NCBI GenBank assembly: GCA_038104845.1 | Contig: JAYOBJ010000008.1 | Coordinates: 7,788 to 71,787, forward strand | Length of the DNA: 64,000 bases | Direction: 5' to 3' | DNA from: Methanobacteriota archaeon | Lineage (GTDB): Archaea; Thermoplasmatota; Poseidoniia; Poseidoniales; Poseidoniaceae | Shown: positions 35,701 through 43,327 of the stretch, one piece after another | Layout of the letters: the number at the start of each line of letters is the position of its first letter | Numbering within the stretch: position 1 is the first letter of the stretch | Notes under the pieces: model-generated | The model's database searches: none | What the model was told of the DNA's origin: nothing | Seen by the model: only the letters and a program-made list of their open reading frames with translations | Program-made: the position numbers and the translations under genes

Positions 35701-38503
35701 GGTTGGCAAGCCCATCGCCATCGGCATCCCACAGCGCGTCGTCGGCACGCAACGGGTCGAGGGTCCAGTTGTTGCCTCCTGTGAAGGCGGAGCCCACCCA
35801 ACGGCGGTGCTCAATCTCCCAACCATCGGGCATTCCATCACCGTCCGAGTCGGGGTTGGTCGGGTCCACCGGAGCGTCGATGTTGGCGACACCAAGGTAG
35901 GTCGCGTTGGCAGCTTGGCCCGCAGCATCACCGCACACATACGCCATCTGCACGGTGTAGTGGCACCACAGGTTGGAGGCCTCGTAAAAGAACCCGAAAT
36001 ACTCCGAGCCGTCGCCAAGTCCATCTCCGTCAGTGTCGCCTTCCCGTGGGTCGGTGGCGTCGTACCCATCGGGTGTCGACGCAACATAACGGAATTCGTC
36101 AAGGTTGGTCCACAAACGCTCAAGGTTCATGTCCCCAGACTGGTCGAGGTCCAAACCGTCACTGTCCGAATCGTAGAGCGCATCCCAAGGGTCGGTGGGG
36201 TCCAATCCGTGAACGACCTCCCAACCATCCGGCATCCCGTCGGAGTCGGAGTCGTTGGCACCCGGATCCATCAGGCGTAGGTTGGCGAATTCACCCGGTG
36301 AAGCGCCGGCGTACACCACGCTCATGCCATCGTGGACCACGGGGAGAACGTGGGTGAGGTCACCCGGGATCGATGTTTGTTCCTGCAGGCCGTAGACGGC
36401 GGTGTAGTCGCCAGCGATGGCCCACAAACCGCGTTGAGACCCCACCAGGATCTCATCACCTGTCGGGCGGATGCTTTTCACGCTGTTGTAGTCCCGAGCG
36501 TGTTGCCCGTTCACACCCGGGTGAACCAACAAACCACTGTGGGCGATGCTGTTGTCGTTGAGGCTCATTTTGTGCAGGCCGAAGGGCGTCCCGAACCACA
36601 GTGCTTGGGCGTTGTCAGCGTTTGGACCGTCGAGCACCAACGCCCGAACCTCGGCCGGGTTGCCTGTCGAACCCAATGGCAGCGGGCGGACTTCGTCCAC
36701 GATGGGCGTCATCGGCACGTTTTCGCTGGTGTAGAAGAAGCGCCATGTCCCCGTGGCGTCGTCGCGGGCCGATGGAGTTTCCACCACCAACAGGCCGCGG
36801 TCGGTTCCGACATAGAGCGTGAGGGTGGAGCCAACGGCTAAACCGTGGGCAAGGGCCGTCACGGTGGCGTTGGCGGTTCCCAGGGATTCGGTCAGACCCG
36901 AACCCACTCCGTTGACCGAAGCCAAGGCGCCAAAGGCATCCACACTCACGACCATACCCGCACCGGCATGACCCAGCCCCAGGAATTCTGGTTCACCGTC
37001 CACCATTGACAGCGCCGTGATGGCGGTCAAGGGCACACCTGTGGCCCACGTCCACTCGCTGACCTCGGCCACCGAACCGTCGGCCAACAACGGCGCAGCC
37101 ACAAAACCAACGCTTGTCGCCATCACCATCGCATAGGGTCGGTCATCGTCCACCACCAAGCGCGAGGCAGCGATGTCAACCCCTTGAACCATCGATGAAT
37201 GAGCGGATGTGTTGGTCGCCAAGTCAATGACTGAAACGCCGTACCGAGTGGTCACATAGAGGGAACCTGCCGCTTCTTCAAGACCGCGAATGTCGTGATG
37301 GACCACGCTGGGGTCATCAAGCGTTGCTTCGTACACCAATGGGTGCACCATGACCTCGCCCGTGGCGCCCAGCGGCGTTTGCTTGAGACCCGGCAACACG
37401 GTGTTGCCGCCGTCGTAGTGGACGTTGTACTCTTGGAGCGTGGACAACGCCTCGCCGAGGGCCATCGCCGTTTCGGTTCTCGAGAGATCTTGGCTGATGA
37501 ACCCGTCCCTGTTCTCGTCCCAACCGTCCTGATCGGGGTCGCTCAGAGCGTTCGTCCTGTTCAGCGGGTCCAAGCCAAAGTGAGCCTCCCATCCGTCGGG
37601 CATCCCGTCGCCAAAGGAAGGATACAACGGACGCAATGAAAATCCGTCCCAGTGGTACCGGTCAGAGTCATCCAGCAACGGGTCGGTGCCCAACCACACG
37701 TCTTCACCAACCGGTTGCGAAGCGCTCGTGGTGCAGGCAGCGAGCAGGTGTTTGAACGTGGCGTTGGCGCCTGTGGGAATGTACGGCCAGACCTTCAGCG
37801 TGGCGCCTTCTGGCAACGTGGCGTGGCACCACAAGCCGTCGAGTTCCGTTGTGTGGGTGCTGGGCATGCCGTGTGCGTACTCCTCGGGAGCGGTGAACCG
37901 TTCAGCATCGGTCATCACGCCGTCACGATTAACGTCAAAGCCGTCGTTGTCCCCGTCGAGTGTCAAATCCGAAGCGTTCAGGGGGTTGAAGGTTGGGCAC
38001 AAGAACCGTTGACTGACGGCATCAAATCCGCCGATTCGCTGGCACATGTAGGCCTCGTAGCCGTCAGGCATCCCGTCGCCGTCGGTGTCGGCCAATCGAG
38101 GATCGAGGTAGATTCGGTCGTTGTTCCCGTCCAATTCGCCCGTGAGCCCACGGGGGAATCCGGGCTCGGTGCAGTTGGCAGGGTAGGGCCAGCAAAACTC
38201 CTCTGTGGCATTCAAACCGTCCTTGTCAAGGTCAACAAAGGCGTCAGATCCATTGTTTTTGTCAAGCCCTTTGATGACGACCTCTCGCCCGTCAACCGCC
38301 GTCCAATTCATCCATTCCTCAAACAAAGTTTCGTGGACATCGGGAATCAAATCGCCGTCGGAGTCGGTGTTGGGAGGTGGTGAGCCGTCCGTGTCGTCAG
38401 GGTGAATGTTGGCAACGTTGGAAACTGCAGGAAATTGCGACATAAAGAGCAGCGATGACACCACGGCGAGGGTGGTCAGCAAGGTGGTTTGACTCCGTCG
38501 CAT
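32747..38503 (-). CDS. Giant secreted protein (1,918 aa) with ~two dozen thrombospondin type 3-like Ca-binding repeats flanking a central beta-propeller-like region; no membrane anchor seen
   Basis: ORF 32747..38626 trimmed to ATG (complement of 38501-38503), giving MRRSQTTLLTTLAVVSSLLFMSQFPAVSNVA. A GGAGGG Shine-Dalgarno lies 8 nt upstream. It has repeated D-x-D-x-DG-x-x-D-x-x-E loops (DTDGDGMPDGYE, DSDSDGMPDGWE, DSDGDGMPDGWE, DSDDDGMPDGWE, DTDGDGMLDGVE, DSDSDGIPDGWE, DTDGDMLPDWYE and others). Central repeats are LYVTTRYGVSV, LYVGTDRGLLVV, LWFGTPFGLHKM and ILVGSQRGLWAI. Confidence 0.85.
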   Translation of the reverse strand: MRRSQTTLLTTLAVVSSLLFMSQFPAVSNVANIHPDDTDGSPPPNTDSDGDLIPDVHETLFEEWMNWTAVDGREVVIKGLDKNNGSDAFVDLDKDGLNATEEFCWPYPANCTEPGFPRGLTGELDGNNDRIYLDPRLADTDGDGMPDGYEAYMCQRIGGFDAVSQRFLCPTFNPLNASDLTLDGDNDGFDVNRDGVMTDAERFTAPEEYAHGMPSTHTTELDGLWCHATLPEGATLKVWPYIPTGANATFKHLLAACTTSASQPVGEDVWLGTDPLLDDSDRYHWDGFSLRPLYPSFGDGMPDGWEAHFGLDPLNRTNALSDPDQDGWDENRDGFISQDLSRTETAMALGEALSTLQEYNVHYDGGNTVLPGLKQTPLGATGEVMVHPLVYEATLDDPSVVHHDIRGLEEAAGSLYVTTRYGVSVIDLATNTSAHSSMVQGVDIAASRLVVDDDRPYAMVMATSVGFVAAPLLADGSVAEVSEWTWATGVPLTAITALSMVDGEPEFLGLGHAGAGMVVSVDAFGALASVNGVGSGLTESLGTANATVTALAHGLAVGSTLTLYVGTDRGLLVVETPSARDDATGTWRFFYTSENVPMTPIVDEVRPLPLGSTGNPAEVRALVLDGPNADNAQALWFGTPFGLHKMSLNDNSIAHSGLLVHPGVNGQHARDYNSVKSIRPTGDEILVGSQRGLWAIAGDYTAVYGLQEQTSIPGDLTHVLPVVHDGMSVVYAGASPGEFANLRLMDPGANDSDSDGMPDGWEVVHGLDPTDPWDALYDSDSDGLDLDQSGDMNLERLWTNLDEFRYVASTPDGYDATDPREGDTDGDGLGDGSEYFGFFYEASNLWCHYTVQMAYVCGDAAGQAANATYLGVANIDAPVDPTNPDSDGDGMPDGWEIEHRRWVGSAFTGGNNWTLDPLRADDALWDADGDGLANLCEYQWSIVRDIAANGDLYESHGESSASAQQWATADPNNIDSDGDTLPDGWESGGFCAWDPARQGVNPLNGSDAFGNPDGDGYDINLDGILSANEAFVNYLEYHIRDHLFMGNTTVGGEPIPNGFNTSLFDMLGDLGAPEATFAERASGAVTAGQSAYSVGAADPLNADSDDDGMPDGWEVWFARWDQLDDAWTLNPLDATDRWGDADQDGMTNWEEYNVIAPDASETDANRSSPQWFVTTIGQAFAFQQWPGIPTTDSFGSFVPSDQYNLTGPTSDPNNVDTDGDGMLDGVELLFTAWNASAGVWTLNPLVPGDGDFDGDEDGLTDRQEFAIAVSQPDNGDDHPSDAPLLHIDGDLQQPTEKAQRVFNILISKETRGKRLLSDFNAWQQGEPPNAFLSVVLGMTDPTLSDTDGDGMFDGFEYWFTSWDLDANRWALNPLIDNDVNLDSDGDSYDCNQDGTVDANETYSNLREWESRTWGKYLNRNTVPVDLGIVDFGEDAMAAYSETLGYSAFQAQLALYNDFVRKGTDSLNRMTKINEFDSENFNRSLRGVSDPTHADSDSDGIPDGWEYCYAIFGMNDATTLSHWAANPINPWDVDYDGDHDGWYDRTSFDIPAEQGTWDNRVFTPSGQVIQNGVGDLPFTNAMEHANNTRPDLNDSDGDSRTFITTVAAGVVQSHVRDFNYSDGREVFKYGSNPSDNDTDGDMLPDWYEYKLAWNESNDNFSSYLPIRVTWIDVATGGPCDTDTNSCLPLSRDAGDGTLGRPEVSMAWFTLDPADATDANQDPDQDGNWDCSGAGGCTYEPYTNFQEFYAITTSEYASPNAVRLSGLTHEGTPVSEGWQFRAALLGLGQPNELVLNYLKLDKYAGLDRQYGYIVDDMDTDFLTVNPDDDVIVMAGNRTDQWEIYYASSPNTAPIRNVGEHEFGWYMLDFDDDHLAEGSNPMNWDTDGDWMNDWFEVRDDEEDGVRGDSSPIRYDSRQTST
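32821..36265 (-). repeat. C-terminal block of thrombospondin type 3-like repeats, often as [DN]-x-D-[ST]-D-[GD]-D-G-[MI]-P-D-G-W-E (coding repeats, also visible as recurring DNA strings)
   Basis: The plus strand shows recurring reverse-complement strings of the type ctcccaaccatc[cg]ggcat[tc]cc[ag]tc..., for example near 35817, 36218, 35161 and 33990. Protein motifs are listed under the CDS. Confidence 0.7.
36271..37309 (-). other. Central beta-propeller-like region (Reg_prop/Y_Y_Y-like blades) inside the TSP3-repeat giant
   Basis: A blade-like motif, hydrophobic-[WY]-[VF]-G-T-x-x-G-L, recurs four or more times: SLYVTTRYGVSVIDL, TLYVGTDRGLLVVET, ALWFGTPFGLHKMSL and EILVGSQRGLWAIAG. The boundaries are approximate. 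Confidence 0.45.
37486..38395 (-). repeat. N-terminal block of thrombospondin type 3-like Asp-rich Ca-binding repeats (coding repeats)
   Basis: NTDSDGDLIPDVHE, DLDKDGLNATEE, DTDGDGMPDGYE, DGDNDGFDVNRDGVMTDAE and DPDQDGWDENRDGFISQD. The boundaries are approximate. Confidence 0.65.
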
Positions 38504-38511
38504 GCAGTGGA

Positions 38512-38517
38512 CCCTCC
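38512..38517 (-). promoter_or_regulatory. Shine-Dalgarno (GGAGGG) for the TSP3-repeat giant ORF
   Basis: The minus strand reads tttGGAGGGtccactgcATG, with an 8-nt spacer. Confidence 0.5.
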
Positions 38518-38688
38518 AAAGCGAGCATCTCGCCCTTTGTGACTCGGAATGAACGCTTAAGAGGCTGATGGAACATTGTTCATACATCGTTGGTGTTCGC
38601 TGGCGCCAACAACGGCGCAAAAGCACGGTTTTCGAACGGCATGGGCGGTGTGTTCAAGTCCTTCCCGCGCTGGTTCGCGCTTGTTCCC

Positions 38689-39564
38689 ATGACGCTCACC
38701 ATCACGCACCTTGGCACGGGAAGTCGTGGCAACGCCACGCTTCTCTCAACGCCCAAGGTCAACGTGCTCGTCGACCAGGGTTTCAGCGGCGTTCAGTTGC
38801 AGAAGCGCTTGAAGATGATGGGGCTTGAACCCGACGACATCGATTGCGTTCTCATCACACATCACCATGGCGACCATGGAGGCGGGGCCACCGTGGCCCA
38901 AAACAAATGGGGCATCCCCGTTTTGGCCAACGAACGAACCTCCCTTGAACTCGGTTTGAACCCCGAGCTGACGACCTTCTTTGATGCGCTGGATTTGATT
39001 CGCATCGGGGACGACCTCAGCGTCCTGCCGGTCCCGGTGCCCCACGACGGCTCGGACAACGTCGCTTTTGTCGCCAGCCACAACGGCGAGAGGGTGGCGA
39101 TCATCACCGACCTCGGCACCTTCACCGACGAATTGGTGCGGCATGTCCGTGGATGCGAACACATCGCCGTGGAGGCCAACTACGACGAGCGACGCTTGCT
39201 CAACGGCCCCTACCCGCGCTCCCTCAAGGACCGCATCTCCGGTCCAGGCGGCCACCTCTCCAACGATCAAACGGGCCAGTTTTTGGCCAGGGTGTGCACG
39301 CCAGCTACACGAAGCATCACGCTGACCCACTTGAGTCAAAAAAACAACGAACCCCACATTGCAGAGGCGACGGTGCTGTACTACATCGAAGAGGTCTTCA
39401 CCGGCGACCTGTGCATCTCAACCCAAGACGGTCCAGAATTTTCCCACTACATCGGCCGCGACACCGACTCAACAGACCTCTCCGCACCCCACACAGCAAT
39501 CGACCCCACCGCCGACTCGGAAGGTCAAGGCCTAAATGCGACCATCAGGTGTGACGAATCGTGA
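38689..39564 (+). CDS. Metallo-beta-lactamase fold hydrolase (PhnP/YycJ-like, COG1235-type)
   Basis: ORF 38590..39564 trimmed to ATG 38689, giving MTLTITHLGTGSRGNATLL. Motifs are VLITHHHGDHGGG (HxHxDH) and the distal GGHLSN. Its stop TGA (39562-39564) overlaps the next gene's ATG (39564). Confidence 0.8.
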   Translation: MTLTITHLGTGSRGNATLLSTPKVNVLVDQGFSGVQLQKRLKMMGLEPDDIDCVLITHHHGDHGGGATVAQNKWGIPVLANERTSLELGLNPELTTFFDALDLIRIGDDLSVLPVPVPHDGSDNVAFVASHNGERVAIITDLGTFTDELVRHVRGCEHIAVEANYDERRLLNGPYPRSLKDRISGPGGHLSNDQTGQFLARVCTPATRSITLTHLSQKNNEPHIAEATVLYYIEEVFTGDLCISTQDGPEFSHYIGRDTDSTDLSAPHTAIDPTADSEGQGLNATIRCDES

Positions 39565-39692
39565 TGCGCCGAGGGCCTGCGTCCGGACGTCGACGGCTCC
39601 AAGCCGACGAACGTGCCGTGAGCGAGGTCCTCGGCGTGGTGATGTTGTTGGCCATGGTCATCACCATCATGGGAGGGGTGTGGGTGTTCCTC
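39564..39692 (+). other. Class III (prepilin-type) signal peptide, pilin-like protein 1
   Basis: RRRLQADERA / VSEVLGVVMLLAMVITIMGGVWVFL. Confidence 0.7.
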
Positions 39693-40622
39693 AACCCCTA
39701 CCTTTCCGACTTTGAGGACAACACCAACTGGAACTCAGCGACCGGCATTGCCGACCGAATCGAGGATCGTGTTGAGGTGGCAGGAAACGCACCCAACGGG
39801 ACCGGTTTCCGCAACACCCTCGCCATTCAATCCACCTCGATCCGCTCCGTGCAAAACGTGGAATCATGGACCATTGCGGCGGACTTGACCCCGCGCGATG
39901 CCGTGACGGTTCAACACCTCAACGATTCCGCTTTGACCGTCTATTCCGCCAACGAATCGGCACGGAGCGTGACCGTTGAACGGCCCGAAGGGACGTTCAC
40001 GGCCAATTTTTCGGCGAGCCACGAACCGGTGTTGGTGAACCACGACGGCGTGTCCAGCCATTGGATGGTGGTGACGGTGTACGATGAAGTCGGCACACCG
40101 TTGCACCGAACGGTGGATGTGTCGCTTTCCGGGTTGCAAATCACCACATCGCTCGGCCAGGGTGAGCATGAAATCGTACTGATGAACAACGCTCGAGCCG
40201 AACGGTTCCCCAACGGGGCATGGGATGTCTCCGTTATGCCTGCTCTGCGGTTCGACCGTATGGCCAACGATGAATTGCGCCTCTCGGTGTTGCTGACCGA
40301 CGTTCGCAGCGAGGGCGCGGTCGGCAGTGGAAGCAACATCGGCATTGAATTTGTCTCAAAGGGACCCATGGCCTTGTTTACAGGGGAGGCGCACAACGTC
40401 CGGTTCAACGTCCACAACCACCTCCACGCCGTTGTGACGCCCCAATACCACGAAACGTGGTTGACCGACTACACCATTCAGCGGTCGGCTGGCACCTTGG
40501 ACACCTACATCGGCTTCGCCCCGTTTGAGCGGGCCAGTGGGGCAGACGGCTTCACCGTCCAGGCACTTGACCTCCCACTGTTTTTCGAAGTTGACTTTCA
40601 GCGATTGGAGGTGAGCCCGTGA
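39564..40622 (+). CDS. Archaeal type IV pilin-like protein (class III signal peptide, DUF1628-like N-terminus), 352 aa
   Basis: MRRGPASGRRRLQADERAVSEVLGVVMLLAMVITIMGGVWVFL: a basic N-terminus, then ERA/VS, then a ~22-residue hydrophobic helix. This is the canonical archaeal prepilin layout. GTG at 39561 is an alternative start. Confidence 0.75.
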   Translation: MRRGPASGRRRLQADERAVSEVLGVVMLLAMVITIMGGVWVFLNPYLSDFEDNTNWNSATGIADRIEDRVEVAGNAPNGTGFRNTLAIQSTSIRSVQNVESWTIAADLTPRDAVTVQHLNDSALTVYSANESARSVTVERPEGTFTANFSASHEPVLVNHDGVSSHWMVVTVYDEVGTPLHRTVDVSLSGLQITTSLGQGEHEIVLMNNARAERFPNGAWDVSVMPALRFDRMANDELRLSVLLTDVRSEGAVGSGSNIGIEFVSKGPMALFTGEAHNVRFNVHNHLHAVVTPQYHETWLTDYTIQRSAGTLDTYIGFAPFERASGADGFTVQALDLPLFFEVDFQRLEVSP

Positions 40623-40738
40623 ACGGTGCATTGCGGCGGGACGAGACCGCGGTTTCTGCCGCTGTTGCCACCGTGCTTTTGTTCGGCGGCGTGCTCTCGA
40701 TCATCGGTTTGATGATGGTGTCCATGATGCCCGTCATC
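40619..40738 (+). other. Class III-like signal peptide, pilin-like protein 2
   Basis: ALRRDETA / VSAAVATVLLFGGVLSIIGLMMVSMM. Confidence 0.55.
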
Positions 40739-42850
40739 GAAGAGATGGAAGGGTCGGTGGAACGCCATGACATGGCCTCGCAAATGACGCTTCTTGCGAC
40801 CCAGACGCATGAATTGAGTGAACGCGGCATGCCCGGTGATGCCACGACCGCCGAACTCATCCCTGTGGACGGGACCCTTGCATGGGACAGCCTCCGAGGG
40901 GGCATGTGGTATTCCGCCACCTGGCATGAGGGGCACGAACTTCGTGCTCGTGGCGCCTTGGATTTCGACGACCAGGTCGAAATCCGTCACGGGGAAAGTC
41001 GCATCGAGGCGGTGTGCATCACCGACTTGCGCCAAGGTGTTGAGCGACCCTACCGCTACACCCTCCACGCCAACCTCGACACCGCCATGGTGACGGTGCT
41101 TCCCGGACTGACCATGCCGTTGGGACCCATCGAATTGGCCCTCGAAAACAGCACCGATGTGGTTGAAGAACGCCAACTTCGCGTGGACGAACTCACCACG
41201 TTCACCCTTGGCGGGGCCGAAGATCAGGTGTTGAGTTCAACCCACGAACTCACCGTTCTCGCCATGCGGGGAGAAGCAGGTGCTTCCATCCTGTTGCCCA
41301 GCGACCACGAGCCGGTGGATGACCGTGGCCACGCCTGGTCCATCCCCATGCCGGCCGGTGCGCACCGGCTCGAAGTGTTGAGCGATGTGGCCAATCAAAT
41401 TCAAACGACCATCGACGGCACCACCGAGGTGCATTACGCGCTGCCCACCGATGAAATTCACACCGGTGTGACGCACACCATCGAGGTCAATTTGACCTCA
41501 AGCCGAGTGGTGCAACTCACCACCAGCGCCCCCTCGAGAACGCTCTTCATCAACAACGCATCTGCCGACGTCGGTGTGACGCCTTGGCCCGCCAACACAG
41601 GGCAGTACATCGGGAGCCGTTTCCTACCACCGACCGAACCGGGCACCTTGCGCCTGACCAATCCCAGCGACCAAGTGGTGACCGCCACATGGCTCGGTAG
41701 CGGCATTTCGGTTCAGCCCGGCGATGTGGAACACGTGGCTTGGCCGCCTGAACAGGTCGAGGGAGCTGCGGTACTGGATGCAGACGGTCCGCTGATGGTG
41801 ACCTGGGGGGCAGCCGTTGACATTCAGGCATGGTCCGATGTCTCGGGCCAACACGTCGTCGCTGCCCACGACACAGGGAGTTTCAGCGGCGCAGACTTCC
41901 TGTTCATCGTTGATGGTGAGCAATCCGAATCCATTCGAATCGAGTTGGCAGGCTATGTCAGCACGTGGAACATCACCGGCCCGAACAACGCCTCTGGCAC
42001 CTTCCTTGAATCACAACGCTCGACCAACGTTGATTTGGTTGAGGGCAACAGTTCCCTGACCGTGGTTGAAGACCATCCAATCCGTGTCACTCGATTTACG
42101 GGGGAACACGGAATGAACCTGCTGTTGCACGACGGTGCTGAACGCTGCACCGCAGTGGGCACCCAGGCGAGCGGCTGGATCACCACCGCACTTCCATGGG
42201 AGCCCATGGGTGGACGTGGGGCCGTCGATGTCGAACGAGCGTGGCAGCAAGGCACCCACCCCTCCAGTGTTGAAATCGAGGTCATCGGCGGTGCCGAATT
42301 GGAATCGCACGCTGTGATCGGGACCGTGTGGGCCTTCCATTTGTCCCGATTGGCCTACGAGTTCTCTTCGTCGATCAGCGGCATGGAGGTTGCGTTCAGT
42401 GGCGGCGCCGTGGTCACCAACCATCCCGAATTCAAGCCTTATGTCGTTGTCCCACCCTCCGATCGCGGTGGCCCAGGCCCCCGATTTGCCGCCACCGTCC
42501 CCTCCTTCCATCCAACCGATGGAAGCTTGAGCGGAGGCGGGGCAGTGACCTTGGACATCGAGTTGGTGAACCGACGTTCACTCGCCTCCACCCCCGCCTT
42601 TGAAATCCGGCGCGGATGGAGCGAACCTTACGGAACGGCCATCGCCGACCATGCCGGTGCAGGGCTCGATGCAAGTGAGGATTGGGCCGTCTACCCAGGT
42701 CGCCTTGATTTGTTGACCGATCATGTGGGTTGGGTCCCCGACCCGAGTTACGGTACGGCAGAAGCCGTTTGGCACACCAACGGGCATGTCATCGAATTCA
42801 CCCTCCAGTTGTCCATGCTCGACGTGACCGCACGGGGGGCGTTGACATGA
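40619..42850 (+). CDS. Large pilin-like protein (class III-like signal peptide), 743 aa
   Basis: GTG start at 40619 overlaps the upstream TGA as GTGA. The N-terminus is NGALRRDETAVSAAVATVLLFGGVLSIIGLMMVSMMPV, with the same D-E-[RT]-A motif followed by a hydrophobic helix. Confidence 0.65.
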   Translation: MNGALRRDETAVSAAVATVLLFGGVLSIIGLMMVSMMPVIEEMEGSVERHDMASQMTLLATQTHELSERGMPGDATTAELIPVDGTLAWDSLRGGMWYSATWHEGHELRARGALDFDDQVEIRHGESRIEAVCITDLRQGVERPYRYTLHANLDTAMVTVLPGLTMPLGPIELALENSTDVVEERQLRVDELTTFTLGGAEDQVLSSTHELTVLAMRGEAGASILLPSDHEPVDDRGHAWSIPMPAGAHRLEVLSDVANQIQTTIDGTTEVHYALPTDEIHTGVTHTIEVNLTSSRVVQLTTSAPSRTLFINNASADVGVTPWPANTGQYIGSRFLPPTEPGTLRLTNPSDQVVTATWLGSGISVQPGDVEHVAWPPEQVEGAAVLDADGPLMVTWGAAVDIQAWSDVSGQHVVAAHDTGSFSGADFLFIVDGEQSESIRIELAGYVSTWNITGPNNASGTFLESQRSTNVDLVEGNSSLTVVEDHPIRVTRFTGEHGMNLLLHDGAERCTAVGTQASGWITTALPWEPMGGRGAVDVERAWQQGTHPSSVEIEVIGGAELESHAVIGTVWAFHLSRLAYEFSSSISGMEVAFSGGAVVTNHPEFKPYVVVPPSDRGGPGPRFAATVPSFHPTDGSLSGGGAVTLDIELVNRRSLASTPAFEIRRGWSEPYGTAIADHAGAGLDASEDWAVYPGRLDLLTDHVGWVPDPSYGTAEAVWHTNGHVIEFTLQLSMLDVTARGALT

Positions 42851-42963
42851 ACCGAGAACGAGGCCTCCATGGCGATGAACGTGCAGCCGCCACGGAACTT
42901 GGCTACATCTTCACGTTCTTGCTCGGCGTGATGTTGATGACGATGTTCAGCGTTTGGGCGTGG
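42847..42963 (+). other. Class III-like signal peptide, pilin-like protein 3
   Basis: RGLHGDERA / AATELGYIFTFLLGVMLMTMFSVWAW. Confidence 0.5.
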
Positions 42964-43326
42964 GACATCGAGACGAACACCCGTTTGCGATGGAACCAAG
43001 AGGCCATTCAAGCCAACATGGACGACCTCGCCGCTGCGGTTGAACGAGCGGATGAGGCCAGCCGGCTTGGCAACGTGTCCTACGCTGAAGAAGTGGCATG
43101 GCGTCCCACCGAGGCCGACGAATCCCTCTTCTGGTTGGAATTGACCAACACTGCGGTCGTGCTCATCGATGAGGGGGGGCCGTTGGACACCGAGGTCCCC
43201 ATCTCCGGTGCAGGTCGTGGTGTCCATGAAGGCATGATCCCGCTGGCGGGTGTGGACCGGATTTGGGTCATCTACGATGACGGCGTCACCAGCATCGGAT
43301 TGGAACGGCCTTCCAATGTGGCTTGA
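42847..43326 (+). CDS. Small pilin-like protein (class III-like signal peptide), 159 aa
   Basis: ORF 42730..43326 trimmed to ATG 42847, which overlaps the upstream TGA as ATGA. The N-terminus is MNRERGLHGDERAAATELGYIFTFLLGVMLMTMFSVWAW. Confidence 0.6.
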   Translation: MNRERGLHGDERAAATELGYIFTFLLGVMLMTMFSVWAWDIETNTRLRWNQEAIQANMDDLAAAVERADEASRLGNVSYAEEVAWRPTEADESLFWLELTNTAVVLIDEGGPLDTEVPISGAGRGVHEGMIPLAGVDRIWVIYDDGVTSIGLERPSNVA

Positions 43327-43327
43327 T

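Noticed and set aside
38504-38688. Possible C/D-box sRNA or other ncRNA in the 185-nt divergent intergenic region (a CTGATGG string, and weak inverted repeats atgaac/gttcat and gcgcc/ggcgc)
   Set aside because: There is no properly spaced C (RUGAUGA) / D (CUGA) box pair with a terminal stem, and the stems are only 5-6 bp. The region is more simply a shared promoter and leader region. The same conclusion applies to 50272-50435.
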